DNA of 64,000 nt from Deferrisomatales bacterium (GCA_033551855.1 JAWSUI010000012.1:1-64000); one strand, 5' to 3'; shown: positions 1-8,673, counted from the first letter of the stretch. The notes: generated by a model not told the origin, from the sequence alone. Program-made: numbers and translations.

Positions 1-351
1 CGTGGCGGTTTTCCGTTCTCCCTGGCCTCTGTGGTTCCCCTTGGCGACCTTGGCGCCTTGGCGGTTTTTCGTTCTCCTTCGCCTCTGTGGTTCCCCTTGG
101 CGACCTTGGCGCCTTGGCGGTTCCCACTTCTCCCGCTCCTCCCCGGTTCCCCCTTGGCGACCTTGGCGCCTTGGCGGTTCCAACTTCCCCCCGCCTCTGC
201 GGTTCTCCCCTGGCGACCTTGGCGCCTTGGCGGTTCCCACTTCTCCCGCTCCTCCCCGGTTCCCCCTTGGCGACCTTGGCGCCTTGGCGGTTCCAACTTC
301 CCCCCGCCTCTGCGGTTCTCCCCTGGCGACCTTGGCGCCTTGGCGGTCCAG
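1..351. repeat. Tandem array of a 28-nt motif CCTTGGCGACCTTGGCGCCTTGGCGGTT with ~56-57 nt period
   Basis: Copies at 39-66, 95-122, 152-179, 208-235, 265-292 and 321-348, plus a partial copy at 1-10. The 28-29 nt linkers recur (A,A',B,C,B,C) and end in GGTTC. The array may extend left of the window. Confidence 0.95.
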
Positions 352-357
352 TCCTGG

Positions 358-402
358 TTGCCCCAGCCCAGCACGTGGATTATCATAGCTACATCGATCC
401 AC
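358..402 (+). promoter_or_regulatory. Sigma70-like promoter and operator of the TA pair
   Basis: TTGCCC(358-363)-17 nt-TATCAT(381-386). Inverted repeat GTGGAT(375-380)/ATCCAC(397-402) flanks the -10, as expected for an RHH antitoxin operator. Confidence 0.6.
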
Positions 403-423
403 ACTCAACCGGAGAGGTGTCCC

Positions 424-657
424 ATGCGAACCGTTCAGATGACCCTTGACGAGGGGCTCGTGGACGAGGTGGACCGGGTGGCGGAGGAGCTCCACACGAC
501 GCGGTCGGCGTTTGCCCGCGAGGCCCTGCGCCAGGCCGTGGAGAGGTTCCGGACCCGAAAGCTCGAGCAGCGGCACCGCGAGGGATACGAAAGGCGTCCC
601 GTCGATCCCGCCGAGCTCGCCCTGTGGGAAGGGGAGCACGAGTGGGGGGAGGAATGA
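424..657 (+). CDS. Ribbon-helix-helix (CopG/MazE-like) antitoxin
   Basis: MRTVQMTLDEGLVDEVDRVAEELHTTRSAFAREAL is an RHH pattern. GGAGAGG RBS; ATGA overlap with the toxin. Confidence 0.85.
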   Translation: MRTVQMTLDEGLVDEVDRVAEELHTTRSAFAREALRQAVERFRTRKLEQRHREGYERRPVDPAELALWEGEHEWGEE

Positions 658-965
658 GGCGCGGAGAGGTTCGCTGGTACAAGTTCGCGCGCCCCGACAA
701 GAAGCGGCCGGTCCTGGTGCTGACCCGGGACTCGATCTTGGAGTACCTGGGGGAGGTCACCGTGGCCCCGGTGACATCGACCGTGCGCGACATCCCGAGC
801 GAGGTCTTTCTCTCGACGAACGACGGGATGCCCCGCGACTGTGCGGTCAACTGCGACCACATCCAGACGGTCTCCAAGGCGAGACTCGGCCCTTTGATCG
901 CGACCCTTCCGGACGAGAAGATGGCGGAAGTGGGCGAAGCGATCCGGTTCGCCCTGGGGTTGTGA
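654..965 (+). CDS. PemK/MazF family endoribonuclease toxin
   Basis: MRRGEVRW...KKRPVLVLTRD...VTVAPVTS...NCDHIQTVSK; 103 aa. Confidence 0.92.
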   Translation: MRRGEVRWYKFARPDKKRPVLVLTRDSILEYLGEVTVAPVTSTVRDIPSEVFLSTNDGMPRDCAVNCDHIQTVSKARLGPLIATLPDEKMAEVGEAIRFALGL

Positions 966-978
966 ACGGAAGGCTCTG

Positions 979-1243
979 GACCGCCAAGACGCCAAGGACG
1001 CCAAGGGGGGTTTGAACCGCAGAGGCGATTGAGGACGCAGAGGAAACCGGTGCGTGGTTCGGGAAAGGCAGGCAGAATCCCGACTCCCCTGTTCTTTGAA
1101 GCCCCGCCTCATCGTTCTCTCTGGCCTTCCCCTCCGCGCTCTCTGCGCCTCGGCGGTTCCCACCCGTGCCTTTCCCCGGCTCTCCCTCAGCGTCCTCTGC
1201 GCCTCTGCGGTTCACTCGCTCCTACCTTGGCGTCTTGGCGGTT
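979..1243. repeat. Nested palindromic intergenic element, copy 1
   Basis: Outer arms ACCGCCAAGACGCCAAGG / CCTTGGCGTCTTGGCGGTT. Inner arms AACCGCAGAGGCG..GAGGACGCAGAGG / CCTCTGCGCCTCTGCGGTT. Core 1056-1160 closely matches 1911-2011. Confidence 0.9.
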
Positions 1244-1256
1244 CCAGCGCGAAACG

Positions 1257-1285
1257 TTGCGCGTGTGCATTCGGCCGACTAGACT
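1257..1285 (+). promoter_or_regulatory. Sigma70-like promoter
   Basis: TTGCGC-17 nt-TAGACT upstream of the 1374 ORF. Confidence 0.55.
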
Positions 1286-1373
1286 TCTTTGAACGCTGCC
1301 AATCCGAACAAGTGGCCCGGCACACCCACGGAACCGCCCCCGGCGGATCGGTTCATCAAGAGGAGGCAAGGGG

Positions 1374-1775
1374 ATGGATGTCGGCGACAGCGTCCGGCGG
1401 GCGCTTCAGGAGATGGTTCTCCCCGAGCTCAGCATCATTCGCCAGGAGAATGCGGAGATCAAGGTCCACCTGCAGCTCACCAACAAGCGCCTCGATGACA
1501 TCAACGGCCATCTCATCGATCAAAGCCGACGGATCGACGAGACCAACAAGCGGATCGACGAAACCAACAAGCGGATCGATGAGCTGCGCGCCGAGCTGAC
1601 CCACCGAATGAAAGAGCTGCGGGCTGATCTGACTCATCGGGTCGATGAGATCAACAGGCGAATGGACCGGCTCTACGAAGTGATCGTGCGCCGTGAGGAG
1701 CACGAAAGACTCGAACATCGGCTGGCCCGCCTCGAGAACGAAGTGGCGGAGCTGCGCGCACGCGTCGCCGCGTGA
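1374..1775 (+). CDS. Coiled-coil hypothetical protein with heptad (RIDETNK) and 11-residue (ELRAELTHRMK/ELRADLTHRVD) repeats
   Basis: AGGAGG RBS; 133 aa; internal repeats; lower GC than the flanks. Confidence 0.8.
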   Translation: MDVGDSVRRALQEMVLPELSIIRQENAEIKVHLQLTNKRLDDINGHLIDQSRRIDETNKRIDETNKRIDELRAELTHRMKELRADLTHRVDEINRRMDRLYEVIVRREEHERLEHRLARLENEVAELRARVAA

Positions 1776-1834
1776 TTCTTGAGGTCTGGAAGCTCGATCA
1801 CAAGAAGCCACGCCAAGGACAACGAGAGGTTCTG

Positions 1835-2041
1835 AACCGCCAAGACGCCAAGGACGCCGGGGGCTCTTCGACCGCCAAGACGCCAAGGACGCCAAGAAAA
1901 GCCACTGGGGGGTTCGGGAAAGGCAGAACCCCGACACCCCTGTTCTTCGAGGACCCGTCTCGTCGTCCTCTCCGGTCTTCCCCTCAGAGCCCTCTGCGCC
2001 TCTGCGGTTCCAACCTTGGCGTCCTTGGCGCCTTGGCGGTT
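1835..2041. repeat. Nested palindromic intergenic element, copy 2
   Basis: Left arm (A/G)ACCGCCAAGACGCCAAGGACGCC twice, then the shared core, then CCTTGGCGTCCTTGGCGCCTTGGCGGTT. Confidence 0.9.
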
Positions 2042-2076
2042 CTCGCCTCCGCGGCCCCCCCCCGGTCCGCCCCCCC

Positions 2077-5000
2077 CTACTCTCCCAGCAGGCCGCTCGC
2101 CTCGATGGCCTCCCACCACAGGCTCGCCATCGAGACGTAGCCCGCGCCGTTGGGGTGGAGGGGGTCGACGTACTCTTCGGGGCGGGTGCTGAAGTAGGCG
2201 TAGAAGTCCGGCGGCGTCACGGGGATGCCGTGCTCGGCCACGAGCTCGTCGATGACCACGTTGTACTCTCGGATCCTCTCGTTCTGCGGCTCGTTGTGGG
2301 GATCGGCAAACCACGTGCACCCGCTGCAGGCCCCGAAGCGGATCGGCAGCTTGGCGAGGAGGGGCGTCTTTCCCGAAGCCTGGAGCGTGGTGACGATCTG
2401 CCTCATGGAGGTCCGGAACGAGTCGACCGAGACCAGGCTGCCGGCGTCGTTGGTCCCGAACTGGACGAGCCAGACCTGGGACCGGGGGTGGCGGGCCAGG
2501 GCGGCCGCGAGGCGGGCCGAGGACGCTCCGTCGGCAGCCGTCGTGCCCCCCACGCCCTCGTTCATCACGGTGAAGGGCCGTGTCAGCGAGGCGGTCAGGA
2601 GGTCGTTGAGCACCGGGGCGTAGCCCTTGTGCAGGTTTCGGCCATCTGCGGAGGCATCGTCGTGGGTCCAATCGTCCCCGCCCCCGTTGGTGATGCTGTC
2701 CCCGTAGGCCACGAGGTACGCGCCCCCGACCCCCACCGCAGGGTCGAAATCCCCCGCCCAGGCCCCGAGAACGGGGGCCCCTGCGGCGTCCACGAGCCAG
2801 GCCTCGACCCCACGCTCCCCGGTCGGGACGTTGTCGAAGACGTGCAGATACGGGACGGCATCGTCGACCGCCTCCCGCTCGTTGTCGAGACGAAAGAGGA
2901 TCCCGGCCCCCGACGGAACGTTCACCGCCACGGCAGAGACAGGCAGAGCGTAGGGCGGGTCCTCGGCGTCGGTAACCGCGACGGAGAACGCGCCGGGTGA
3001 CGCGAGCACGACCCTGGGGTCGGGGGAGACCGCCTCGACGACCACGTCGTCGAAGGCGTCTGCCCCTCCGGCGAACAGGGCCACGGTGCCGGAGGGAAGC
3101 GCGGCATCCTCTGCCGCGAACCGTGCCTCCCCGTCCACGTACACGAGGATCTTCGGACCGGAGAGCACGACTTGGAGGTCCAACATCACCCCGTCTTCCC
3201 TGCCGTACCCCCGGCCGTCCACCGCCAGGGTGGAGAAGTCGCCGTTCACCCGCTTCTCGAGCCGCCCGTAGCCCATGCTCCGGCTCAAGGTGAGCCGGTA
3301 GTAGTTCCCTGGGTCCGTGTACCGGAACATGACCCCCAGCCCCTGGGTCACCCCCGGGAATGCCCGAACGCTCACCTGGTAGTCGGAGAGACCGAATCCG
3401 CCGTCGTAGACCGCAAAGCTCCCCCGGAAGAACCCCCCCGAGTGGCTCCCCACGCCCGTATTCGACTGCACCAGCCTGCCGTCGGCCACGTACCAGTTGG
3501 AGGCGTTGCCCCCGTCGTCCACCGGGGTCCAGGTGTCAAGGCCGCCGTCGCTGAAGTCGTCGAAGAAGTAGTGGTGAACCGTGATGGTGATCGTCTCTCT
3601 GTCGGTGAGCCCGCCGGCCGTGGCCGTGAAAGTCACGGGGTAGCTGCCCGCCTGAGTGAAGCCCGGCGTCCAGCTGAAGGTCGTCCCGTCGAAGGTCGCA
3701 CCGGTCGGGAGTGCCGACGTGGTGATCGTCACCGGGTCCCCGTCGGGGTCCGCGGCGCTGACCGTGAAGTTCAGGAGCGAGCCCTCGGCCACGGTCTTGT
3801 TGCCGATGGGCGCCAGCACGGGCGGCCGGTCGACGTCGGTCACCGTGATGGTGATCGTCTCGCTGTCGGTGAGCCCGTTGGCCGTGGCCGTGAAGGTCAC
3901 GGGGTAGCTGCCCGCCTGAGTGAAGCCCGGCGTCCAGCTGAAGGTCGTCCCGTCGAACGCCGCCCCGGACGGGAGCGGTGCGGCGCCGATCGTCACCGGG
4001 TCCCCGTCGGGGTCCGCGGCGCTGACCGTGAAGCTCAGGAGCGAGCCCTCGCCCACGGTCTTGTTGCCGATGGGCGCCAGCACCGGCGGCCGATCGACGT
4101 CGGTCACCGTGATGGTGATCGTCTCGCTGTCGGTGAGCCCGCCGGCCGTGGCCGTGAAGGTCACGGGGTAGCTGCCCGCCTGAGTGAAGCCCGGCGTCCA
4201 GCTGAAGGTCGTCCCGTCGAAGGTCGCACCGGTCGGGAGTGCCGACGTGGTGATCGTCACGGGGTCCCCGTCGGGGTCCGTGGCGCTCACGGTGAAGCTC
4301 AGGAGCTGGCCCTCGGCCACGGTCTTGCTTCCGATGGGCGAGAGCTGGGGGGGGCGGTCGACGAACCCAACCGACAAGGTGAAGCTCTCGGAATCCGAAA
4401 GCGGTGGACTCCCGTGATCCGTTGCCGTAACGATCACGCCGTAGTTGCCTGCGTGCCCGAAATTTGGCGAGCACTCGATGGAGCCGGTCCCGTTGCCCGC
4501 ATCGGTCAGGGAGCAGAAGCTCGGCAGGCCGGTGGCCGACAGCCGCAGGCCGTCCTCGTCCGGATCCGAGGCCGCCAGCTGTATCGTGATCGACTGCCCC
4601 TCCGGAACACTCTGATTGGGGATGGCCGTGAGGACAGGGGCTCGGTTCACGTTGGTCACCGTGACGGCGATCGTCTCGGAATCCGTGAGCCCGTTCGCCG
4701 TGGCCGTGAACGGCACCTGATAGCTGCCCGCCTGGGTGAAGGTCGGCGTCCAGGAGAAGGTCGTCCCGTTGAAGGTCGCACCGCTCGGGAGCGGCGCGGC
4801 CGTGATGGTCACGGGGTCGCCGTCTGGGTCGGACGCGCTCACCGTGAAGACCAGAGACTGGTTCTCCGCGACGCTCTTGTTCCCGATGGGGGCCAGCACG
4901 GGGGGCCGGTCCACCGCGCCCACTGAGAGCGTGAAGGTCTTCGAATCCTCGAGAGGGGGCGAGCCGTCGTCGGTCGCCGCCACGGTCACCAGGTAGTTTC

Positions 5001-5568
5001 CCGCATCGCCGAATCCCGCCGAGCAGGTCAGGGACCCGGTGCCGCCGCCTGCATCGTGCAAGGCGCAGAACGCCGGCAGTCCGGTCACGGAAAGGCGCAG
5101 CACATCCCCGTCCGGGTCCGAGGCCGAGAGGTCCACCGCCATCGTCTGTCCCTCGGGGACGCTTTGATTCGGAACGGGGAGCAGCACCGGCGGCCGGTTG
5201 GCGGCAATGACGGCGATGGTGACCGTGGCCGGTGCGGAGAGGAGGTCCCCGTCGCTTGCCGCGTAGGAGAAAGCGTCGGTGTCGTGGAAGTCGGCTGCCG
5301 GCTGGTAGCGGAAGGACCCGTCGGGACTCAGGGTGAGGGTCCCGTTGGCGGGGCCGGTGAGAAGGATGGCCGTCACCGGGTCGCCGTCCGGGTCCTCGTC
5401 GTTGTCGAGGACCCCGGGGGCCTCGATCTCGAGAATCTCCCCCCGGTCTATGTGGTAGGCGACATCTCGGGCCACGGGGGGCGCGTTGCCCCCCGAATCC
5501 CCGCCCCCGCCGGACGAGCCGCAGGCGGCGAGGAACAGGGCCAGAAGAACCGTGACCCCAAACCGCAT
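2077..5568 (-). CDS. Large surface lipoprotein: cadherin/Ig-like repeats, beta-sandwich domain, C-terminal SGNH/GDSL hydrolase
   Basis: Lipobox LAAC. Repeated ..D/NRPPVL..DPDGD..FSWTP..G.Y.VTFTAT units. SGNH blocks GDSIT, GVGG, FGTND and DPLHP. Confidence 0.85.
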   Translation of the reverse strand: MRFGVTVLLALFLAACGSSGGGGDSGGNAPPVARDVAYHIDRGEILEIEAPGVLDNDEDPDGDPVTAILLTGPANGTLTLSPDGSFRYQPAADFHDTDAFSYAASDGDLLSAPATVTIAVIAANRPPVLLPVPNQSVPEGQTMAVDLSASDPDGDVLRLSVTGLPAFCALHDAGGGTGSLTCSAGFGDAGNYLVTVAATDDGSPPLEDSKTFTLSVGAVDRPPVLAPIGNKSVAENQSLVFTVSASDPDGDPVTITAAPLPSGATFNGTTFSWTPTFTQAGSYQVPFTATANGLTDSETIAVTVTNVNRAPVLTAIPNQSVPEGQSITIQLAASDPDEDGLRLSATGLPSFCSLTDAGNGTGSIECSPNFGHAGNYGVIVTATDHGSPPLSDSESFTLSVGFVDRPPQLSPIGSKTVAEGQLLSFTVSATDPDGDPVTITTSALPTGATFDGTTFSWTPGFTQAGSYPVTFTATAGGLTDSETITITVTDVDRPPVLAPIGNKTVGEGSLLSFTVSAADPDGDPVTIGAAPLPSGAAFDGTTFSWTPGFTQAGSYPVTFTATANGLTDSETITITVTDVDRPPVLAPIGNKTVAEGSLLNFTVSAADPDGDPVTITTSALPTGATFDGTTFSWTPGFTQAGSYPVTFTATAGGLTDRETITITVHHYFFDDFSDGGLDTWTPVDDGGNASNWYVADGRLVQSNTGVGSHSGGFFRGSFAVYDGGFGLSDYQVSVRAFPGVTQGLGVMFRYTDPGNYYRLTLSRSMGYGRLEKRVNGDFSTLAVDGRGYGREDGVMLDLQVVLSGPKILVYVDGEARFAAEDAALPSGTVALFAGGADAFDDVVVEAVSPDPRVVLASPGAFSVAVTDAEDPPYALPVSAVAVNVPSGAGILFRLDNEREAVDDAVPYLHVFDNVPTGERGVEAWLVDAAGAPVLGAWAGDFDPAVGVGGAYLVAYGDSITNGGGDDWTHDDASADGRNLHKGYAPVLNDLLTASLTRPFTVMNEGVGGTTAADGASSARLAAALARHPRSQVWLVQFGTNDAGSLVSVDSFRTSMRQIVTTLQASGKTPLLAKLPIRFGACSGCTWFADPHNEPQNERIREYNVVIDELVAEHGIPVTPPDFYAYFSTRPEEYVDPLHPNGAGYVSMASLWWEAIEASGLLGE
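3580..4340. repeat. Near-identical 264-bp intragenic tandem repeats (about 3 copies)
   Basis: GTGAAGCCCGGCGTCCAGCTGAAGGTCGTCCCGTCGAA recurs at 3656, 3920 and 4184. Confidence 0.9.
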
Positions 5569-5753
5569 GGGGCATCCCCCTTCCCTGGGACTCCTTCGGG
5601 AAACGGTTCCGAAGAAGCAGCTTTTCCGAGCAGCCACAAACTCTGGGGCGTTCGTCTCAGGGCAAGAACGTGCGGAGTGGCAGGGAAGGCGGAAAGCCGG
5701 GGGGCACACTGCTCAGAGCCCTCCGACTTTCCCGCCTTCCGGTTCCTTCGTTC

Positions 5754-7145
5754 CTACGGGGTCAGGAGCCGGTACTGGATCTGGATGGTCGATCCATTGC
5801 TGCCCGCATAGTCGAGCAGCACCACCTCGTGGGTCGCCAGCTCGTAACGAAACTGGGTCGGCTCCAGCGACACGCCGTCCACCAGGACCACGATGCTCTC
5901 CGGGTTCACCTCGCCCTCCCTCAAGAGAAAACGTCTCTGGAAGTCGGCGGTCAGAGCGTTGATGGCCTGGCCGAATCTCTGGGCGGCGCCGGAGAAGTCG
6001 GCCGCCGCCAGCTCCTCGGGCACGCCGCCGCTGAGCTCGATGGCCTCCAGGTACCCGTACCCGACCTCGTTCTCGCTCCCCGCGGGCACCGTGTTCTCAT
6101 CCACGTACAGCAGGCCGGTGAGGAGCAGGTTGTCCGCGCCCACGACCGCCTCGGCCGTGTCGTAGACCGTCTGGGGGGTTACCGGGGGATCCACGCAGTA
6201 GGTGATGAATCCGTGCTCCTCGAGGCCGTCGGGGTCGGGTACCGGCGTGACCCCCGGCGGGTAGATCGCGCAGATGTCGTTCTCGTCGGCAATGAAGATG
6301 ACCGCCAGCTTCCTGCCCGGCACCAGAAAATCCCTATCCCGCGCGGTCTCGATGTGAGTCGTCAGGAGTCGGTTGAACGCATAGAGCCCGGCCTCGCCCC
6401 CATCGGTGGACAGGTCTCCGGGCGGCTCGCTGGCCAGGGTTGCGGCAACGGCCTCGACCATCTCTTCCCTCGACAGAAGGTCCGAGTCGAGAACCCAGCC
6501 GTTGTCCTCGAATTGGTAGAGGTGGCCGCTGCCCTCATAACCGTTGGACAGTCCCGGCCAGCCCCAGGCGAGAAGGAACGCAAAGCGGTGGGTGCCGACA
6601 TCGGTGAGCTGGTCGAGGATCAGCGGGACTTCCGCGCCCAGCGTTGCCCGCTTGTCGCGCATGGAGTCCGAGGTGTCCAGGACGAACAGCACGTCGACCT
6701 CCCCGTCGATTTGTGCCACCGCCTGGGTGAAGACATCCGAGACCGCCTCACCCTCGTCCGGCGGGAGGGGAGTGTGGTTCACGGTGATGGTGATCCACTG
6801 GCTGGCACTGAGACCTCCCGCCGTGGCTGTGAACTGCACGTCATGGACGCGCGCCTGGTCAATTTCCGGGGTCCAACGGAAGGTCGTGCCGTCGAAAATC
6901 GCGCCGCGGGGACGGGGATCGGCCGCGATCGTGACCGGCTCCCCTTCCGGGTGGGTTGCCGTCACCTGGAACTCCAACGGAACCCCCGCTTCGACCACCT
7001 GGTTCTGCAAGGTGCCGAACACCGGCGGGACGCCGGGATCCGGTTGCCCGCTCGAGGAAGAACCCGAACTCCCGCACCCCTGGACCAGGAGCAGCCCCAA
7101 GAACACCGCCAGCCCTCCCACGCCCCATCTCCTTGAATCCCTCAT
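5754..7145 (-). CDS. Lipoprotein with one Ig-like repeat and a vWA domain
   Basis: Lipobox VQGC; MIDAS DVLFVLDTSDSM; the Ig unit FDGTTFRWTP matches the neighbouring gene. Confidence 0.8.
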   Translation of the reverse strand: MRDSRRWGVGGLAVFLGLLLVQGCGSSGSSSSGQPDPGVPPVFGTLQNQVVEAGVPLEFQVTATHPEGEPVTIAADPRPRGAIFDGTTFRWTPEIDQARVHDVQFTATAGGLSASQWITITVNHTPLPPDEGEAVSDVFTQAVAQIDGEVDVLFVLDTSDSMRDKRATLGAEVPLILDQLTDVGTHRFAFLLAWGWPGLSNGYEGSGHLYQFEDNGWVLDSDLLSREEMVEAVAATLASEPPGDLSTDGGEAGLYAFNRLLTTHIETARDRDFLVPGRKLAVIFIADENDICAIYPPGVTPVPDPDGLEEHGFITYCVDPPVTPQTVYDTAEAVVGADNLLLTGLLYVDENTVPAGSENEVGYGYLEAIELSGGVPEELAAADFSGAAQRFGQAINALTADFQRRFLLREGEVNPESIVVLVDGVSLEPTQFRYELATHEVVLLDYAGSNGSTIQIQYRLLTP

Positions 7146-7252
7146 TCTCGCTCCTCCTGTCTCGGTCAAGCGGGCCCTACGAGACCGCTACCCGTTTACT
7201 CCCTCGTGAACCCCCGTAAGCGCGTCCGTCCTCCATGTCGGGCGGAGCCAAG

Positions 7253-7268
7253 TGCACGATCCGTACCC
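7253..7268 (-). promoter_or_regulatory. Putative sigma54 (-24/-12) promoter
   Basis: Minus strand GGGTACGGATCGTGCA gives GG-N10-GC, ~110 nt upstream of the vWA lipoprotein. Confidence 0.45.
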
Positions 7269-7303
7269 GATGGGACCTCCGCTTCCCATCCCCGACGCGA
7301 GCC

Positions 7304-7362
7304 GGGCCCTTCCGAAAACTCAGTGGGTCAATCAAGGGCAGGGACGATCTCGCGCAGGGCCG
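7304..7362. repeat. Dispersed ~60-bp intergenic repeat (second copy 54167-54226)
   Basis: GGCCCTTCCG..AACTC.GTGG.TCAATCAAGGGCA.GACGATCTCGCGCAG.GCCGC is shared between the two copies. Confidence 0.85.
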
Positions 7363-7378
7363 CCTCCTCCCCCTGTAC

Positions 7379-7579
7379 GACAACCCATCCCCACCCTCGC
7401 CCTCCCCTTGAAGGGGAGGGAAACCTGGGGCCGGGAAGGGCACCCGACAACCCATCCCCACCCTCGCCCTCCCCTTGAAGGGGAGGGAAGCCTGGGGCCG
7501 GGAAGGGCACCCGACAATCCATCCCCACCCTCGCCCTCCCCTTGAAGGGGAGGGAAGCCTGGGGCCGGGAAGGGCACCG
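7379..7579. repeat. Three tandem 67-bp REP-like units
   Basis: CCATCCCCACCCTCGCCCTCCCCTTGAAGGGGAGGGAA unit starts at 7383, 7450 and 7517. Related copies at 12211-12250 (inverted), 12400-12438 and 35950-35986. Confidence 0.95.
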
Positions 7580-7658
7580 CGGGAGGCGGGAACCCACGGG
7601 ACCCGGAAGAGACCCCTTCTTCACACGAGCGGAAGTTGGTCGCCGCAAGGTCGCTCTT

Positions 7659-7676
7659 TGGGAAATTTCTTGCCCA
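7659..7676. promoter_or_regulatory. Palindromic putative activator site
   Basis: TGGGAAATTTCTTGCCCA; a matching site lies at 12291-12308. Confidence 0.45.
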
Positions 7677-7740
7677 CTAGTGGCACCCGGGTCACCACAC
7701 CGGGAACGGCGCGCGCCTCGCCGAAGCGTCCCTACCCCCG

Positions 7741-8673
7741 TCACTCCAACACCTCCGCCACGGCGTACTCCTTCTTCCCGCGGCCTTGGGTGAAGGCCAC
7801 GATCTCGCCGAGGAGGCCGAGGCCCGCGAGCTGGACGCCGAAGACCTGGAGGATGACGGCCACGAGGAGGAGGGGCCGGTTCCCGATCCCCTGGTCCCCC
7901 AGGAGCCTCGCGGCGAAGAAGTAGACCATGACGAGGGCGCCGACGGCAACGAAGGTCATCCCCGCGCCCCCGAAGAACCGCAGGGGCTTTCGCGCGAAGG
8001 CGGTGTTGAAGTAGAGCACCAGCACGTCGAGGAGCCGGCTCGGCGCCAGGCCCCACCCCTGGAGGTGGGCCTTCTCGGGCTCCAGGTAGCAGTGGTCGCA
8101 GGGGACCTCCAGGGTCTCGTACCCCTGGCGCGCCGCGACGACCGGGAGGAACCGGTACATGCCGCCGTAGAGGTCGAGGCGCTCCAGCACCTCGCGCCGC
8201 AGGACCCGCACGGTGCAGCTCACGTCGTGGAGGGGGGTTCCCAGGACCGTCCGCACGATGCCGTTGAAGAGCCGCGACCGCCATTGGCCCACCCGGTGAT
8301 CGACGCGGTTTCGCCGCCACGGGATGACGATGTCGGCGCTCCCGTCGGCCTCCCGGAGCAGCCGCCGGAGGCCGTCGTCGGTGATCTGCCGGTAGGAGCC
8401 GAGGACGACGACGGTTTCCCCGGACGCCTCGCCCAGGACCCCCTTGAGGCAGGTGGACTGATGGGTCGCGGCCCCGAACTCGAAGCACTTGAGGTTGTCG
8501 AGCTCGAGGCGGCCGGCCGCGAGGAGCTCCCGGAGGTAGCCCTGGGTGCCGTTGTCCACCACCAGGATCTCGAAGGGCAGACCCAGCTCGGCGAACACCC
8601 GGTGGGTGTCCTCGACGAACTGGGGGAAGGTGGACCGGCGCTCCTCCAGGAGAAAGACGACCGAGTATTTCAC
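7741..8673 (-). CDS. GT2 (ArnC/DPM1-like) glycosyltransferase with degenerate DxD motif
   Basis: EILVVDNG, LHDVSCTVR, MYRFLP, C-terminal TM helices. The usual MDGDLQ motif reads LGSYRQ. Confidence 0.8.
   Translation of the reverse strand: MKYSVVFLLEERRSTFPQFVEDTHRVFAELGLPFEILVVDNGTQGYLRELLAAGRLELDNLKCFEFGAATHQSTCLKGVLGEASGETVVVLGSYRQITDDGLRRLLREADGSADIVIPWRRNRVDHRVGQWRSRLFNGIVRTVLGTPLHDVSCTVRVLRREVLERLDLYGGMYRFLPVVAARQGYETLEVPCDHCYLEPEKAHLQGWGLAPSRLLDVLVLYFNTAFARKPLRFFGGAGMTFVAVGALVMVYFFAARLLGDQGIGNRPLLLVAVILQVFGVQLAGLGLLGEIVAFTQGRGKKEYAVAEVLE

Noticed and set aside
1..351. CRISPR array
   Set aside because: The spacers are duplicated and related to each other, the repeat is internally periodic and recurs as dispersed inverted arms, and no cas genes are in view.
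2..449. ORFs 2-388, 87-449 and the 5' extension 31-423
   Set aside because: They are translations of the repeat array; the antitoxin starts at ATG 424 with an RBS.
321..2041. Classical integron
   Set aside because: No intI or attI is visible, and the ends lack full RYYYAAC/GTTRRRY boxes. Kept only as an analogy.
3580..4340. Diversity-generating retroelement TR/VR pair
   Set aside because: These are in-frame domain repeats, I saw no adenine-specific mismatch pattern, and there is no reverse transcriptase in the window.
5570..5750. c-di-GMP riboswitch ahead of the large lipoprotein
   Set aside because: A strong hairpin is present (~5682-5741), but I could not find the conserved GEMM motifs.
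7379..7579. Mini-CRISPR
   Set aside because: The three 67-bp units are nearly identical throughout, with no unique spacers.
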